Assembly (NCBI RefSeq): GCF_964213995.1
Contig: NC_135808.1
Coordinates: forward strand, 25,172,001-25,236,000
DNA from: Mustelus asterias
Lineage: Eukaryota
Direction: 5' to 3'
DNA: 64,000 nt
A program made the position numbers and the translations under genes. Numbering within the stretch: the first letter of the stretch is position 1; each line of letters starts with the position of its first letter. Shown here piece after piece: positions 61,128-64,000 of this stretch. The notes under the pieces were generated by a model, which saw only the letters and a program-made list of their open reading frames with translations, had not been told where the DNA came from and did no database searches.

Positions 61128-63140
61128 GGGGCGGCATATTGGCACAGTGGTTAGCACTGCTGTCTCATAGCACCAGGGTTCAATTCCAGCCCCAGGTTAC
61201 GCTCTGTGTTGAGCTTGCACGTTCTCCCCGTGTTTGCGTGGGTTTCCTCCGGTTTCCTCCCACAATTCTAAGATATGCTTTACCGAATATTAAATATAGA
61301 GGGTTGGTAGGAGGAGAGGTACTCATTACAATTAATGTTACCAGGGAGGCAGTGCTTGGTAGACTAACGGGACTGAAGGTGGACAAGTCCCCGGGCCCGG
61401 ATGGAATGCATCCCAGGGTACTGAAAGAAATGTAAGAGGTAATAGCGGATGCGTTAGTGGTTATTTATCAAAATTCGTTGGATTCTGGGGTAGTGCCGGC
61501 GGATTGGAAAACGGCTAATGTTACGCCGCTGTTTAAAAAAGGAAATAGACAAATGGCGGGTAACTACAGGCTGGTTAGCTTAACGTCTGTAGTTGGGAAA
61601 ATGCTGGAATCCATCAGTGAAGAAGAAATAGTAGGCCATCTGGATAAGAATGGTTTGATTAAGTAGATGCAGCATGGATTCATGAGGGGAAAGTCGTGCT
61701 TGATGAACTTGTTGGATTTTTATGAAGGTGTGACTAGTGCGGTTGACGGAGGGGAACCGGTGGATGCCATGTTTTTGGATTTCCAAAAGGCGTTTGATAA
61801 GGTGCCTCACAAAAGATTGCTGAAGAAGGTTGGGTCACGCGGAGTTGGGTGTAGGGTGTTAGCATGGATTGGGGATTGGCTATCCGACAGGAAGCAAAGA
61901 GTCGGAATAAATGGGTGCTTTTCTGGTTGGCAGATGGTAACTAGTGGCGTGCCGCAGGGATCGGTACTGGGGCCTCAACTATTTACCATTTATATAAACA
62001 ATCTGGAGGAGGGGACTGAGTGTAGGGTAACAAAGTTTGCAGACGACACAAAGATAAGTGGAAAAGTGAATCGTGTGGAGGGCGTACAAGGTCTGCAGAG
62101 AGATTTGGACAGGCTGAGTGAGTGGGCAAGGATCTGGCAGATGGAGTATAACGTTAACAAATGCGAGGTTATTCACTTTGGAAGAAATAATAACAAATTG
62201 GATTATTATCTAAATGGAAAGAAATTACAACATGCTGCTGTGCAGAGGGACCTGGGGGTCCTTGTGCATGAGACGCAAAAACCCAGTCTGCAGGTGCAAC
62301 AGGTGATCAAGAAGGCAAATGGGATGTTGGCCTATATCGTAAGGGGGATAGAATATAAAAGCAGAGATGTCTTGCTGCATCTGTACAGGGCATTGGTGAG
62401 GCCGCAGCTGGAATACTTTGTGCAGTATTGGTCCCCTTATTTGCGGAAGGATATATTGGCCTTGGAGGGAGTGCAGAGAAGGTTCAGCAGGTTGATACCA
62501 GAGATGAGGGGTGTTGATTATGAGGAGAGACTGGGCAGATTGGGTTTGTATTCGTTGGAATTTAGAAGGCTGAGGGGGGATCTTATAGAGACCTATAAGA
62601 TAATGAAGGGGCTGGATAGGGTAGAGATGGAGAGATTCTTTCCACTTAGAAAGGAAACTAGAACTAGAGGGCACAGCCTCAAAATAAAGTGGGGTCGGTT
62701 TAGGACAGAGTTGAGGAGGAGGAGGAACTTCTTCTCTCAGAGGGTGGTGAATCTCTGGAATTCTCTTCCCACTGAAGTGGTGGAGGCTACCTCGTTCAAT
62801 ATGTTTAAATCACAGATAGATGGATTCCTGATTGGTAAGGGAATTAGTGGTTATAGGGATCAGTGGCGGGTAAGTGGAACTGATCCACTTCAGATCAGCC
62901 ATGATCTTATTGAATGGCGGGGCAGGCTCGAGGGGCTCGATGGTCTACTCCTGCTCCTGTTCCTTATGTTCTTATGTTCTTATATGCTGGTTAGGTTAAT
63001 TGGACATGCTAAATTGACCCTTTTTTCAGGGAGAGTATCAGGGTTAATATGTGGGGTTACGGGGATAGGGCCTGGGTGGGATTGTGGTCGATGCAGACTC
63101 GATGGGTCCACTGGCCTCCTTCTGCACTTTTGGGGTATCT
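61128..63140 (+). mobile_element. HE1-type SINE (61128-61279 and 62982-63140) split by a CR1 insertion
   Basis: The two halves rejoin as CCACAATTCTAAGATATGCT|GGTTAGGTTAATTGGACATGC. Confidence 0.85.
61280..62981 (+). mobile_element. 5'-truncated young CR1 LINE with 7-bp target-site duplication ATATGCT
   Basis: RT motifs as in 24100-25793; in-frame stops near 61433 and 61664; (TTCTTATG)n tail; ATATGCT at 61273-61279 and 62982-62988. Confidence 0.93.
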
Positions 63141-63247
63141 ATGAACAAGCAATCTACAAACTGAACGTAGTAAATTAGAGACGGCAGACAATGAGAAAGA
63201 GGTGAATTCTGAGTCATTTAAGATAAATGTTCCAATGTTTCTCTGTG

Positions 63248-63481
63248 ATCCACCTGTCCATGATGTGGAGATGCCGGCGTTGGATTGGGGTAAACACAGT
63301 AAGAGTTTTAACAACACCAGGTTAAAGTCCAACAGGTTTATTTGGTAGCAAATGCCATTAGCTTTCGGAGCGCTGCTCCTTCGTCAGATGGAGTGGATAT
63401 CTGCTCTCAAATAGGGCATACAGAGATACAAAATCAAGTTACAGACTTGTTGTTAAAGCTCTTACTGTATCCACCTGTCCA
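63248..63481 (-). mobile_element. Penelope-like element terminal (pLTR) remnant
   Basis: 13-bp direct repeats ATCCACCTGTCCA (63248-63260, 63469-63481), a short inverted terminal segment (63447-63468 vs about 63296-63316), a hammerhead core and AATAAA on the minus strand. Confidence 0.75.
63355..63391 (-). ncRNA. Minimal type I hammerhead ribozyme
   Basis: Minus strand reads CCAU-CUGACGA-A-GGAGC-AGC-GCUCC-GAAA-GC-UA-AUGG: stem I CCAU/AUGG, core CUGANGA and GAAA, 5-bp stem II, palindromic AGCU in place of stem III, predicted cleavage after CUA. Confidence 0.8.
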
Positions 63482-64000
63482 GGCAGGAATCCTAAAACTC
63501 AACATAATTGTCCGTATCTCAGAGAATCAGATTTCTGATGTTTAACCTGCATTGGGGTCTCGAAAATTTGATAAATCTTAATAATAATTCTTTGGGTAGT
63601 AGACATAGTGAAAGTGAAAAAAATACGCTTTCACAAAAGTCATCGGTTTCTAGAATGAACTGTGTGGAAGTGAAGAGGAAGCAGGTTCAATAGATATTCA
63701 AGAGGACATTAAATGATTATTTGAAATAATGCGCAAGGCTACGAGTGAAGTCTGGGAAATGGCAACAAGCAAGTTTCTCCTTTGAAGATCCGGTGCAGGC
63801 ACAATGGGCCAAGTGACCTCGTTCTGCATCGTAGCAACAATTCTGCCATTCGATGAACTCAGATTCCATCTTGATGCAATTAAAAGTGGCATCACCTCCA
63901 AAATTAACGGAAATCACCGAATCACGTAATACTGATTTATCGTGTTATTTTCCAATATAGTTCATAGCATTAATCACTGGAAACAGAGACTTACCAAGGA

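Noticed and set aside
61667-63178. 503-aa RT ORF as an active or domesticated gene
   Set aside because: A 5'-truncated CR1 with upstream stops; the extra C-terminus is frameshift read-through into the 3'UTR and SINE.

Overview
Eukaryotic genomic DNA, almost certainly from a shark (cartilaginous fish), judged from the HE1/V-type tRNA SINEs, abundant CR1 LINEs, a Rex/Babar LINE and Penelope-like termini. The genic content is a head-to-tail tandem array on the minus strand in which two unrelated class-A GPCR genes alternate three times. The first is an intact muscarinic M2-like receptor with a single coding exon (1328-2734, 31885-33309, 54442-55857). The second is a two-exon GPR139-like orphan receptor (13097-13199 + 9754-10652; 45479-45581 + 41277-42175; exon 2 only at 58609-59537). 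Shared intronic and intergenic fossils indicate that the two-gene cassette duplicated as a unit, with units A and B as sisters. The M2-like copies A and B have a remodelled acetylcholine pocket (N6.52F, C7.42A/V, V3.40G, plus Y7.39F or N3.37S), whereas copy C is nearly canonical. The GPR139-like copies show complementary loss of the DRF or NxxxY activation motifs. The remainder is mostly transposon debris, including a minimal hammerhead ribozyme in a Penelope-like terminus and a 245-bp inverted duplication. All alignments were made by eye, so TE boundaries are approximate.
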